NCBI GenBank assembly: GCA_951406725.2
Contig: OX597824.1
Span: forward strand, 23,436,001-23,500,000
Length of the DNA: 64,000 nucleotides
Source of the DNA: Octopus vulgaris
Taxonomy: Eukaryota
Direction of reading: 5' to 3'
The position numbers and the translations under genes are program-made. The notes under the pieces were generated by a model, which was given only the letters and a program-made list of their open reading frames with translations, searched no databases and was not told where the DNA came from. Below, piece by piece: positions 41,985 to 56,374 of the stretch. The number at the start of each line of letters is the position of its first letter. The first letter of the stretch is position 1.

Positions 41985-42129
41985 TGTATATTAATTTTAG
42001 ATTGTACTTTTGCTTACAGCACAATAAAGTACATATGTATTTTCATGTTTTGTATAATAATTATGAATGAAGTTTGCCTATTTTATATTTTCATAACCCG
42101 TTTCAATGAAAATAAAAATGCTTCCTTCT

Positions 42130-42364
42130 CGGGCCAGGCCAGACTCATAAGAACTGGTTTCCCGGTTTCAGTGGTGAAATTCCCCACCTAGACGTGACAC
42201 CAATTCGTCGCAGGAGTACTCATTTTTTACCAGCCAAGTGGACAGGAACAACGTGAAATAATGTGCTTTGCTTAAGAACACAACGCATCGCCCGGTCCAG
42301 GAATCGAAATCACAATCTTACGCTCATGAGTGCAACAATCCTAGACACTGAACCACACGCCTCT
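42130..42364 (-). mobile_element. SINE family D, diverged
   Basis: Reverse-complement similarity to 32451-32690. Confidence 0.75.
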
Positions 42365-42966
42365 ACATTTAATGACAGTAGTATTGAAAAATATGAATCT
42401 GACATAGGAGAAGATCGATTTACGACCTGTCAGTCACAACGGAGCTCGGTCGTAAGTCGAGGAGAATGTGTAATATCCATTCAAAAACACACAAAGAATG
42501 TTAACTGCACTTAAAAGTAAAGATTTTTATCACACTAACTGCGACTCGGTCACTAACACAGCTTTCCACAGTCTCAGTCTGTGACCTGGTCACTGACATA
42601 CTTTGTACGACAAAAGTTTTATTGCTAAATAATAAAAAATAATAAAAATATTTAAGAGAAGTCAATAGCTTTTGTGAGTTTATGAATAGCAACTATGTGT
42701 TTTCTATGCTCTTATTCTCATATGTATAAGTATTTATATATGCTTTTATAAGTGTTTTTTTCAGTCACACGTTTTACTTGTTTGGGTCCACATTGTATTT
42801 GTTTGTCAACTCCTTCCCTCACAACTCGTTTTTGTTGTATGTTATATAATATATATAAAATAATATAGTGTAATATAAGATATAATATGATTATAATAAA
42901 ATATATCATATATTGTTATATATAAACGAGTACACATATACATACACACACACTCGATTATATATA

Positions 42967-43010
<44 letters not shown>

Positions 43011-43185
43011 ACATACACACATATGTATACATATATATATGTATGTATATATATATATGCATGTATATATATATGTATGTATGTTTGTATGTATGTATGT
43101 ATATATATATATATATATATATACATACATTTATACATACATATATACATACATATATATATATATCTATATCTATATCTATCTA

Positions 43186-43233
<48 letters not shown>

Positions 43234-43605
43234 GAGAGAGAGAGAGAGGGGGAGAGATGCGCACACAGACACACATTTATATATATATGTATATACATAT
43301 ATATATATATGTATATACATATCCATATATGTAAGGACACATAACTTTTATTTTATCTTTTATTGTTTCAGTCATTACACGGCGGTCATACTGGAGCATT
43401 GCATTGATAGGGTTCAGTCGAACGAATCGGGTCCCAGTACTCTTTTTCAAAAGCCTAGTACTTATTCCATCAGGATCTTTGCCGAACAGCCGTCAACAAA
43501 CCAGCATCGGTTGTCAAACGATGGTGGATGACAAAGATAGTTTCTTTTTTTCTTTCTTTTTCTTACTCTTTTATTTCTCTCTCTCTCACACTTTGTGTGT
43601 ATATA

Positions 43606-43706
<101 letters not shown>

Positions 43707-44385
43707 CAAAAATATATATAATTCAAAATGAGGGCGAAAAATTGAATATTAATTTGATTAACCTCAATTTAAAACCAATGGTCTAGCATATTAAAATCTG
43801 AAGATTCGGAAAAAATTATACTACATAAATATAAGAGGGATGACAACAACGTGGACAACCCTTATGCTAGAAGTAGATTCGCCATGGTCTTACCAATAAG
43901 AAATGTTCTCAAGGAAATTCAGCAAATTTACTGCTCTTTCGGTTTCCATCAAGAATTCCCTTTTACATCTTTCCCGCCCCTTTCTATATATTTATCACAC
44001 GCTTTATCACTTTCTTTCTTTATATGTATATCTGCTCCCTTTCTCTATCTTGATATGACATATAATTGCTTTCCTGTTATTTAAAACTTCGTCGTTGGAA
44101 AATTTACTTTCATTTTCTGATAGACAGCTATCGCGCATAAAATGCTAGCGTTCAAATCCTTTCTTTTTTTGTGGGTGTGGTGTAATAATCATCAAATTTT
44201 AAACCTCTATAACATTTTTCTACATTCTTTTTTCACTAGCTGCGTAAAATGAAACAACGGGAAATAAAGTGTCTTGCACAAGGAAAAAACGCGAAGCTAG
44301 AACTCGAACTCATGACTCTACGTTCGTGAACCATTAAGCCAAGAACACGTGCTTTACAAACCACAACTGTTGAAGACGTAATTAA

Positions 44386-44513
44386 TACAAAGAATAAGTC
44401 CTGGGCTCGATTTGATCGACTAAAGGCGGTGCTCCAGCACAGTCAAATGACTGTGGTCATGCTGGAGCACCGCCTTTAGTCGATCAAATCGACCCCAGGA
44501 CTTATTCTTTGTA
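44386..44513. repeat. Near-perfect ~54-bp-arm hairpin made of SINE A 3' sequence
   Basis: tacaaagaataagtcctggg...ctccagca / tgctggag...ggacttattctttgta. Confidence 0.9.
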
Positions 44514-44813
44514 AGCCTAGTACTTACTCTATCGGTCTCTTTTGCCGAATCGCTAAGTTACGGGGACGTAAACACACCACCATCAGTCGTCAAGTGATGT
44601 TGGGGGGACAAACACAGACACACAAACATACACACGCACATATACATATATGACGGGCTTCTTTCAGTTTCCGTCTACCAAATCCACTCACAAGGCTTTG
44701 GTCGGCCCGAGGCTATAGTAGAAGACACTTGCCCAAGGTGCCACGTAGTGGGACTGAACCTGGGACCATCTGCTTCGTAAGCAAGCTACTTGCCACGCAG
44801 CCACTCCTACGCC
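44447..44813 (-). mobile_element. SINE family A
   Basis: Close match to the other family A copies. Confidence 0.9.
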
Positions 44814-45498
44814 TATACTCTTTTTTAAAAAGTAAGTACTGGGGTCGATTCCTTGACTGAAATTTGTCAAGGTGGTGCCCCAGCATGGCCGCAGTTCAAT
44901 GATTGAAACAAATAAAAAAATGAGAAATAACGTATATACATGAACGACTATATGGCTGTACTAATATGTATGTGTGTGTTTATGTATGCGTGTATATGTG
45001 AATCTGCATGTGTGTACTGTGAGTGCGTTACACGTTTGCACATGGATGTGTGTATGCATGAGTGAATATATGTGTGTAGGTGGATTTTCACATCCGAATT
45101 TCACTATAGATTTCGCGTGTGAACGTCGTTGCAAGTAAATATAACAAAAACAAAAACAAAAAAAAATCAGAAGAGAAACCACACGTAAGACAACAAATAA
45201 GTAAAAAAAAAAAAAAAGAAGGAAAACAAAACAAAAACAAAAGGAAAGAAGCCAACAAGATTTGTCGAATTTTGAAAACGTCAGTGACCAGCGATGACCT
45301 CTCTCACTTGACACAGAAGATCATATTTTGTCACTACTGAAGTACGCAGTAATGAAAATTACTTTCTCTCGGTATCCTCTCTGCTGCTAAGTAGACCTTT
45401 TAACTATTTTGGTGAGAGTTGAACAATTTTAAATGTCCTTTCTTTCCAGTATAGGATTTAACGCCGACACACCCAACAAAACACATGATTGCCAAACG

Positions 45499-45738
<240 letters not shown>

Positions 45739-45739
45739 T

Positions 45740-45905
45740 ATTTCTTTACTGCCCACAAGGGGCTACACACAGAGGGGGCAAACAAGGACAGACAAAGGGA
45801 TTAAGTCGATTACATCGACCCCAGTGCGAAACTGGTACTTTACTTATCGACCCCGAAAGGATGAAAGGCAAAGTCGACTTCGGCGGAATTTGAACTCAAT
45901 AATGA

Positions 45906-45948
<43 letters not shown>

Positions 45949-46100
45949 CCTTTCTTCTGTAGGCACAAGGCCTGAAATTTGTGGTGGGAGGAACCAGCCG
46001 ATTAGATTGGCCCCCAGTATGCAAAACGTCTTGACTTATCGACCCTGAAAGGATGAAAGGCAAAGACCGACCTTGGAGGAATTTGACCTCGGAACGTAGC
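45740..46100 (-). mobile_element. Two SINE family B fragments separated by (GTA)n
   Basis: Core motif at ~45850 and ~46045. Confidence 0.8.
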
Positions 46101-46149
46101 GACGGCTGTAAAAGCAGTTAATAGTGGTAGTTGTTGTAGTACAAGCATC

Positions 46150-46194
46150 ATCATCATCATAATAGTAGCTGTTGTATTTTTACTACTGCTGCTG

Positions 46195-46226
<32 letters not shown>

Positions 46227-46227
46227 G

Positions 46228-46271
<44 letters not shown>

Positions 46272-46309
46272 ACTACTACTACTACAACAACAACTACTAC
46301 TACTACTAC

Positions 46310-46345
<36 letters not shown>

Positions 46346-46484
46346 CAGCAGCAGCATTATCATCATCGTCGTCGTCATTATCATCATCATCGTCATCATT
46401 ACCATCATCAACAGCGAGAGCAGTAGTTGTATTTTTGTTGTAGTAAACAGAAAAATTTTCAGAGAATTATCATCATCATCATCA

Positions 46485-46540
<56 letters not shown>

Positions 46541-46590
46541 GTTGTTGTTGTTGTTGTTGTTGTTGTAGTTGGTGTAGTTGTTGTTACCAT
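46150..46590. repeat. Compound trinucleotide microsatellite (CTA/CTG/TAG/CAT/TTA/TTG)
   Basis: Directly visible. Confidence 0.95.
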
Positions 46591-46916
46591 TATTTAGAAA
46601 TGAACGGAAAAGTTGTGTGGGAAACAAATTTTTTTGCGCTTGAACTTAAAAACAACAAATAAATAATATAGAGAATGAAACCAAAAAAAAAAAGGAAAAA
46701 AAGGAAGGAAAAAGCCCAGAAGCCTCTGTAGTCATCACATTCTCTGTAGTAACCAATCTGGATTCTGTCTCATAGAATGAATGATTTGTCAAAACCGGAA
46801 CTCTCGTACAATTTTCACATCCTCGACAAACGCCAGCCAGAAATTCTCTCTCTAGTAAACAGACAGCTAAAAATAACAACCAAATAACTCTAATGAAATG
46901 CTCAGACTTCTTAGAA

Positions 46917-47337
46917 GGGGAGGAGGAGGAGGAGGAGGGGGAATAAGAAGAAGACGAAGAAGAAGAAGAAGAAGAAAAAGAAGAAGAAGAAGAAGAAGAC
47001 GAAGAAGAAGAAGAAGACGAAGAAGAAGACGACGACGAAGAAGAAGAAGAAGAAGAAGAAGAAGAAGAAGAAGAAGAAGAAGAAGACGAAGAAGAAGAAG
47101 AAGAAGAAGTAGAAGAAGAAGAGGAGAAGAAGAAGAAGAAGAAGGAGAAGAAGAAGAAGAAGAAGAAGAAGAAGAAGAAGAAGAAAGAGGAAGAAGAAGA
47201 AGAAGAAGAAGAAGAAGGAGAAGAAGAAAGAGGAGAAGAAGAAGAAGAAGAAGAAAGAGGAAGAAGAAGGAGGAGAAGAAGAACAAGAAGAAGAACAAGA
47301 ACAAGAAGAAGAAGAAGAAGAAGAAGAAGAAGAAGAC
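46917..47337. repeat. (GAA)n/(GGA)n purine tract, ~420 bp
   Basis: Directly visible. Confidence 0.97.
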
Positions 47338-47967
47338 GGCAACAACAAGAGGGCTCCTTGAATCTTTGTTGTGTTTAGCTGTCACGTGTAAGACGGGTTC
47401 GGTTACTTCCGTCACTTTCCTTTAGCTGGGAAGGACGGACAACAAGATTGTTAATCTATCTGGTGGCCTTTTCAAAAGAGACTGTGTACTGGACCAGATT
47501 GAAAGGGTTGTAGACAGACAGGTTCCTCTTCGGTCACACATTCGTTGATTTATCCAAATTTCACTTAAAAAGGAAAACTGAAGGTAAAGCGGGAAGTGCT
47601 GGCCTTCCAGCATATGTCTTGAAACGTGGATGAGAGTGACAAGAATCGTTTGGAGTCTACGGGTCTACTCTCTAAGCATGCGCCTATAGAAACGAACAAG
47701 GTTCTTGCTTCAGCAGTCAGGGTGACTGGTTTTGTGGCGTCTCCTCGAGTTGCCTTCGGAAGTGTGACTTTTAGGGGAATTTATTATTCGAATTGTTATT
47801 GTTGTTCCTCTATTTCCACATTTCTCTATGTAATCCATCGTTGCATTGTGCTTCCCCAATGTTCTTGTGAATTCTTAGTGGTTAATAAAGAAAGTCTATT
47901 TTCAAGGAGGTAAGTATAGCGCCGTTCACCATTTTTTGCTTTAAGGGCCGAGAGGAATATTTCCTGA

Positions 47968-48335
47968 AGGGGTCGATAACTTAAATACCAGCAGCGTACT
48001 GGGGTTGATCTAATCGACTGGCCTCTCCCCCACAATTTCGGGCCTTGTGCCTAGAGTAGAAAATAATATTAAGGTGACGAGGTAGAAGAATCGTTAGCGC
48101 GGCGTGCAAATTGCTTAGCGGTTGTTCGTCCGACTTTACGTTCTGAGTTCAAATTCCGTGGAGTTTGATTTTGATTTTTATCCTTTCGGGATATTATTGA
48201 TACTTAAGGCGACGAGCTGGCAGAATAGTTAGCACGCTGGACGAAATGCTTAGTGGTATATCGTCTGCCGCTACGTTCTGAGTTCAAATTCCGCACAGGT
48301 CAACTTTGTCTTTCATCTTTTTCGGGTCAATAAAA
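47968..48335 (+). mobile_element. SINE B composite, duplicated at 57527-58023
   Basis: Shares private variants with the 57.5-kb block. Confidence 0.85.
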
Positions 48336-48619
48336 CTCAGTTGATTCCGCTAAAATATATATCCAAGTACCAAGTTGATGGTGTTAAACAAGGTGATATG
48401 CTAGGTCTACGATTAAAAGAACAGGCACAGTCTATTTGGAAAACCTTCCGAGCATTTTTGCGAAGGATGTATTCTTAATGTTATTGACGGTTTAGTTTGT
48501 CCCGACACTAAGACATCAGTTCTGATGAGGTACAGTGAGATCGAACGAGGAACCCTATGATTGCAAATCTTGTTTCTTGACCACACAGTCCAGTAACAAG
48601 CCGTTAGAATAACCCTCTC

Positions 48620-49037
48620 TTTACTCTCTTTTACTCTTTTGCTTGTTTCAGTCATTTGACTGGCCGTGCTGGAGCACCACCTTTAGTCGAGCAAATCGAC
48701 CCCAGGATTTATTCTTTGTAAGCCTAGTACTTATTCTATCGGTCTCTTTTGTCGAACCGCTAAGTTACAGGGACGTAAACACACCAGCATCGGTTGTCAA
48801 GCGATGTTGGGGGGGGGACAAACACAGAAACACAAACATATATGCACACACACATACACATATATACATATATACGATGGGCTTCTTTCAGTTTCCGTCT
48901 ACCAAATCCACTCACAAGGCTTTGGTCGGCCCGAGGCTATAGTAGAAGATACTTGCCCAAAGTGCCACGCAGTGGGACTGAACCCCGAACCATGTGATTC
49001 GTAAGCAAGCTACTTACCACGCTGCCACTCCTACGCC
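48620..49037 (-). mobile_element. SINE family A, full length
   Basis: Close match to the other family A copies. Confidence 0.9.
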
Positions 49038-49529
49038 TATCAACAACTCAGAGATGACAACTCTACGTGTTTGATCGACTTGGTAGGAATTGCAACGAAA
49101 CTTTCCTCACAGGCTTGGTTGTATGATTAAAGAGCTTGCTTGGTAACATCGTTGTTCCAAGTTCAATCCCACCGAGCGACACCTTCTATTCTATTATAGC
49201 CTCGGGTCGACTAATACCATGTGAGTGAATTTGGACGACGGAAACTGTGTGGAAGCCCGAAATATATATATATGTATATGTATGTATGTGTATGTGTGCG
49301 TATGTCTTTGTGCGTCTCTCTCTCTCTCTCTCTCTCTGTCATCCATCACTGCGTGACAGCCGATGTTGGTTTGTTTACACTCGAGTAAATTAGCATTTCG
49401 ACACATTCGGTTCAATTTACTAGAAATAACAACCAAATCTCTGCCTTCGTCACCACAACACAAACCTTTTCGTAATATGAAAAACTCACAGATTAAAGAA
49501 ATCCTTGATATATTATGGCCGGGAGAAAA

Positions 49530-49752
49530 TATATTTCTTTATTGTCCACAAGAGGCTAAACATAGAGGGGACAAACAAGGACAGACAAAGCGATTAAGTC
49601 GATTACATCGACCCCAGTGCGTAACTGGTACTTAATTTATCGACCCCGAAGGGATGAAAGGCAAAGTCGACCTCGGCGGAATTTGAACTCAGAACATAAC
49701 AGCAAACGAAATACCGCTAAGCATTTCGCCCGGCGTGCTAAAGTTTCTGCCA
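49530..49752 (-). mobile_element. SINE family B
   Basis: Tail-to-head match to family B. Confidence 0.9.
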
Positions 49753-50157
49753 AAATAAAAAGTGGGAGAGCCATGGCCAGAACACCTTTGATCGACCAGG
49801 GACCATCACCAACAAAATAATAATATCAACAACATCAACAACATCAACAACAGTAGCAGTAGATGTATCCACACTGATTCCAAGTGCCAAGGAAACACAC
49901 ATTCCAAGTCTTAAAACGTAAACAACCGGAATAATCCAGAAAGTTCATCAAGTACAGTTCACGGAGTACAGTTTTTCCGATGATGTAACAAATCTTGTGT
50001 CAATCGACGCAAGCATGAGTTAAATGTCTGCCTGATTGTCTGCATGTCTGCCTGATGTCTGCATGTCTGCCTGTCTGTCCGTGCATTGGCTTGTCTATAT
50101 AGCCTGTCAGTTAGCGTGACAACGTCTGAATATCTCACCTCCACTTTCTCTTTCATT

Positions 50158-50203
<46 letters not shown>

Positions 50204-50212
50204 CATCCATCC

Positions 50213-50283
<71 letters not shown>

Positions 50284-50415
50284 AGTTTGTATGTCTGTTT
50301 GTCTATCGGTTTCTTTATCTATCCCTCTGTCTACCTATGTATGTATCTACCTACCTATTTATGTGTCTATCTGTCTGTCTATCTGTCTAGCCATGTACGT
50401 ATCTACCTATTTATG

Positions 50416-50450
<35 letters not shown>

Positions 50451-51042
50451 GTGTCTGTCTATATATCTATCAACTTACCTACCTACCTACTTATATATAC
50501 ATACATACCTACCTACATACCTACCTACCTAGCTTCCTACCTACATACATACCTACCTAGCTTCCTACCTACCTACCTACCTACCTACCTACCTACCTAC
50601 CTACCTACATACATACATACATACATGCATACATACATACATACATACGTACATAACTATTTATCTATTAAAGAACGCTATAATCAAAGACATTCCAGCC
50701 ATGATCATAATATCACTTTCCTATGTGATGAAAAAACAGGACTGATTATATTATCAAACGTGTTCTGATGCAGCAGATTTGAGAGACATCTGACTGCTAT
50801 GTCTAGCAGAAAGAGTGACCAGGTAAAGGGTCCTTCGTCGTTATGTCGACAAGGGTTGAACAATATTTTGTGAATGGAATTTGGTACAAGGAAAAGGAAA
50901 GGAAATCAGTCATATGTGTGTTTTTTCCTGTGTATATATTTTATGTACACGAATGTATATAAGTGCGTACATATGAACCAATATATATTTATATTTACAC
51001 ACACACACACACAAATATTTACATGTATATATATATATTTGG

Positions 51043-51077
<35 letters not shown>

Positions 51078-51127
51078 CATATACATATGAAGATATAGCA
51101 TATGTATAGTAAATAGGAATATATATG

Positions 51128-51165
<38 letters not shown>

Positions 51166-51263
51166 AATGTATGTATGTATGTGTTTATGTGCGGTATGTC
51201 CGGCAACTTATTGAGGGCGGATGTAACTTCTCTTGAACTTGGTCACCCGTCCTGTACTTGATG

Positions 51264-51358
<95 letters not shown>

Positions 51359-51416
51359 TACATATATATATATGTATATATATTTATATGTATATATATA
51401 TATACATATATATATT

Positions 51417-51503
<87 letters not shown>

Positions 51504-51769
51504 ATATATATATATATATACTTAGAAAAAGGAGGCAGTCAGAATTTTGGATAATCCTTTATTAGCGTTTTCGGTTGTTAACGAATTCGTCACGACAAGA
51601 TCAAAACGGTAAAACAATGTTTCGTTGTTCAGTTATATGAATCGGTTTTGTTTGGTGGGGGTTAGAAACGGAGAATATTATTATTTTTGGGTGGCGGGGG
51701 GAGGAAGAGAGAGAGAGAGAGAGAGAGAGAAATATAAAAATAAATCGGGACGAGGGCGGAAATACTTAA

Positions 51770-51830
<61 letters not shown>

Positions 51831-52011
51831 AGTTTCAAGACAATCAAAAGAGAGAGGAGAATAAAAAATAATAATAAAAGTTGGGGAATGGATAGATAGA
51901 TAGATAGATTGATGGAAGAATGGATGGATGGATGGATGGATGGATGGATAGATGGATGGATAGATAGATAGATACATACATACATACATACATACATACA
52001 TACATACATTT

Positions 52012-52040
<29 letters not shown>

Positions 52041-52042
<2 letters not shown>

Positions 52043-52455
52043 TGTTTCTTTATTAGCCACACAGGGCTGCACACAGATAGAACAAATTACAAGGTAGAGC
52101 TTTTCTTTTGAAGGTTAAAAAAAAAAAAAAAAAAAAAAGAAGGGGGAGTTTCGATCAAAAGGGATCGTAAAAGGAGAGAAAGAGGACAAAAAAAAGGGGT
52201 TAAAAAAAAAGGGGGGAGGAAAAAATTGATCAATAGGGATCGTTATCACAGAAATGTCAATATGAAGTGTAAAGGGGAGGACAGGTGAGGTTTACCCGTG
52301 GAAAGAAAAGCCTACGGAAAAGACCACGGTAACCTCGGTCAATGAAGTCACATTTTATATTTCTTTTTTTTTTTTTTTTTTTTTTTGCAAATAAGCAACT
52401 CTCTGTTTTCGATTTCTGGGTTCATAGGACTATGCTCAAGGTGGCTTCGTCATTC

Positions 52456-52457
<2 letters not shown>
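52041..52457 (-). mobile_element. 5'-truncated LINE 3' end (ORF stop plus 3' UTR) inserted in (GATA)n; L1/Tx1-like
   Basis: Minus strand: MNDEATLSIVL*, then a pyrimidine-rich UTR ending gtgtgcagccctgtgtggctAATAAAgaaac; (TAGA)n on both sides. Confidence 0.6.
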
Positions 52458-52551
<94 letters not shown>

Positions 52552-52589
52552 GGAGATAGATAGATATATAGAGAGAGGTGGGGAGAGAA

Positions 52590-52676
52590 GGCTATATTTT
52601 CAATTTGGTGTGGTCAGTGAAATGAAATGACCACACTAAATAGTCAGAATTGACCACACCAAATTGAAAAGAAACC
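52590..52676. mobile_element. Tiny MITE-like palindrome
   Basis: Perfect 20-bp inverted repeat ttttcaatttggtgtggtca / tgaccacaccaaattgaaaa (52597-52670), with an internal third tgaccacac. Confidence 0.65.
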
Positions 52677-52736
52677 TCTTTCTTTCTCTCTCGCTCTATC
52701 TATCTATCCTTTCCCGATTCTTTATTATTATTATTA

Positions 52737-52765
52737 CTAGCAATTCTTCCCGTCTACGACGGAGG
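52737..52765 (-). mobile_element. Helitron 3' end
   Basis: Minus strand: ccgtc-gta-gacgg hairpin ... CTAG|T. Confidence 0.5.
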
Positions 52766-53124
52766 CATAAAACGAGGGCGGATAGTGATACCAGCAGTAT
52801 GTACTGAGAAATGTGTGAATGGACTTGGTAGATTACTGGGTGATGTCTTTGAAAAATCACATTATTGTTGGTGATACAGCTTTCTGTTGCAGCTATATAT
52901 GACATGTGTTTGCGACTAAGTGACATATGATGACGATTCACTTGCGAACTGAATGGTTATGTGGTCCACTCCTAAGGAAAGCCACAGCTTCCTTCGACCA
53001 CAACATAAAAAGTATTAACAAAAAATGGTATTTAGATATATTTTTATTTTAGTTGTTTACACTATTTTACGCTTGTTTATACTCTTATACATTCAAAGTT
53101 CACAAATTTCTTTATTTAAATTAT

Positions 53125-53536
53125 ACTCTCTTTTACTCTTTTACTTGTTTCAGTCATTTGTCTGTGACCATACTGGAGCACCGCCTTTAGTCGAGCAAAT
53201 CGACCCCAGGACTAATTCTTTGTAAGCCTAGTACTTATTCTATCGGTCTCTTTTGCCGAACCGCTAAGTTACGGAGACGTAAACACACTAGCATCGGTTG
53301 ACAAACGATGTTTGGGGGACAAACACAGACACACAAATAAACTCACACACACATACATATATATACACACATATATACGACGGGTTTCTTTCAGTTTCCG
53401 TCTACCAAATCCACTCACAAGGCTTTGGTCGGCCCGTGACTATAGTAGAAGACACTTGCCCAAGGTGCCACGCAGTGGGACTGAACCCGGAACCATGTGG
53501 TTGGTAAACAAGCTTCTTACCACACAGCCACTCCTA
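53125..53536 (-). mobile_element. SINE family A, full length
   Basis: Close match to family A; a second diverged head follows at 53572-53732. Confidence 0.9.
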
Positions 53537-54084
53537 CCATATATATATATATGTATACACACACACACACAACGGACTTCCACACAGTTTCTATCAACCA
53601 AAGTCACTGAAAAAGCATTGGCCAGCCCGGGGATATGGGAGAAGGCACTTACCCAAGGTGCCGCGCTGTAGGACAGAATCCCAAACCATGCGGCCGCAAA
53701 GCGTTCTTCTGAACCACACAGTAATGCCTGCACTCAATACTGAAGAGGTGTAGAGCAATGACCGTGCAGACTAGAACTGAACTCAGTACGTAGACATGTC
53801 ACCATTGCTATAGTGGTTTGCCCAGTTGTTGTACCATGATGCCATTCCGGATACAGCGGCAGGATAAGTTCGACTTGAATTGACGCGAGATTTGAAATTT
53901 TTAGAGAAACGTGGGCCGAGAAGACACTCCAGATATAAATGATGTAAGGGTAGAGCGAACTAAATAATTCAATGCATTTTCCATTATTTCCTCTTTTACG
54001 TTTTTATATTTCAAACCAATTATCCAAACGGTAATTTACAAATGATGTAAATAAATCTCTGATTCACTCTAGATCTTACTTGAA

Positions 54085-54870
54085 AATTATTTTATTGACT
54101 CCGAGAAAATAAACAGTGTGAGTTTATTTAATAGACTCCAGAAGCTAGCTGTAAGTTATTTCATTGATTCCTGGGAGATAAAAAGTATAGTTTATTTTTT
54201 CAATTGTCTCCAGAAGCTGACTGTTAGTTATTTCATCGGCTTCATGGCGATACAAATTAAAGGTAATTTTAATAGACTCCAGATACTGACTATTAGTTAT
54301 TTAATCGATTCTGAAGAAATGAAAGGAATGTTTTATTTTTATTTGACTCCAGAAACTGACTGCAAGTTATTTCATTGATTCCAGGTAGATAAAAAGTGTA
54401 GTTTATTTTTTTAATTGACTGCAGAAGTTGACTGCAAGTTCTTTCATTAACACCTGAGAGATAATATATGTAGACTCCAGAAACTGACTGTTAGTTATTT
54501 CACTGATTCCAGGTAGATAAAAAGTGTAGTTTTTTTTTTAAATGACTCCAGAAGCTGACTGTTAGTTGTTTCATCGACTACTGGGAGATTAAATTAAAGG
54601 TCATTTTAATAGACTCCAGACACTGAGTATTAGTTATTTCATCGAGTTTAAAAAAAATAAAACGAATGCTTTACGTTTAATTGACTCCAGAAACCGACTG
54701 CAAGTTATTTCGCTGACTCTTGGCGGGTAAAAGTGTAGTTCTTTTTAATTGACCCCCAGAAACTCACTGTTAGTTATTTTATCGACTCCAGAAACTAACT
54801 GGTCAGTCATCCATCCATCCCAAAGAAGATGAAATGTCTGCGTTAACCTCGACCGTTTGGGTTTGAAATG
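54085..54870 (+). repeat. Diverged ~70-bp satellite (~11 units) derived from the SINE B core
   Basis: gactccagaa(a/g)ctgactg..agttatttcat recurs at ~54135, 54206, 54275, 54344, 54417, 54473, 54544, 54613, 54683, 54751 and 54784. Confidence 0.85.
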
Positions 54871-55164
54871 TAAAAAAATTAGGTAATCGAAAATATATTG
54901 AATTATTTAGTTCGCTCTATCCTTACAGATTCCTCCACCACTCCACCATTTTCATAACGACTGCTACTATTTCGACGACGATGACAGCTATCACTACTAC
55001 CACCACCACCACTAACATCAACAGCAACAACAACAACAACAACAACAATATCGACTATTTTTTTTCTTTCCGAGTGATATTAACTTACAAAGAAGAGCGA
55101 CGCCACTCTAAATATGGCTGGAAATTTATTTAAAAAAAGAAAAAGGAAGAACGACAGTGTGTGT

Positions 55165-55570
<406 letters not shown>

Positions 55571-55673
55571 AATGACAAACGATGAGGAAGAAAGGAAAAG
55601 CGAAGAAATATAATAGATATTGAAGAAAATACGACGAAAAGAAAGATGCAAAAGGATCATGTAAAAGGAACCA

Positions 55674-55952
<279 letters not shown>

Positions 55953-56374
55953 TAGTAAAATAATAACTGACGAAAATGGAAGTAAATACTAAGGTGATGC
56001 GAACTTATGACAACAGACAGATAGAGAGAGAGAAGTGGGAAACAGACGAGTAGGAGGAAGATAAATAGGAGGAGGAGGAGGAGGAGGAAGAGGAGGAAGG
56101 TGGAGGAAAGCGGGAGAGAATATATGAGGTGTGTAAGAATTAGGTGAGTCAAGTTAAAGTTTAAATATGAAAGAGGAGGAGGAAGTGGAGGAGAGCAAGT
56201 GGGGGATGAGAGCGTGAGAGAGAGAGAGATAGTGTGTGTGTGTGTGTGTGTGTGTGTAACGTATGTATGACGTTGGGGAGGGGCATGGGGGGAAGGTGAA
56301 GGCTGTAAATAGGGTTTTAATGAACTAAACTTAGTTTTTGATGTTTTATAGAAGAGGAGACTGATTACTCCTGT

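Noticed and set aside
48515-48610. CTGATGAG motif as another hammerhead (also weak motifs near 43925-43955 and 51560-51595)
   Set aside because: No convincing GAAA box or stems; too degenerate to support.
54085-54870. CRISPR-like regular spacing
   Set aside because: The 'spacers' are homologous to each other, the context is eukaryotic and there are no cas genes; it is a satellite.
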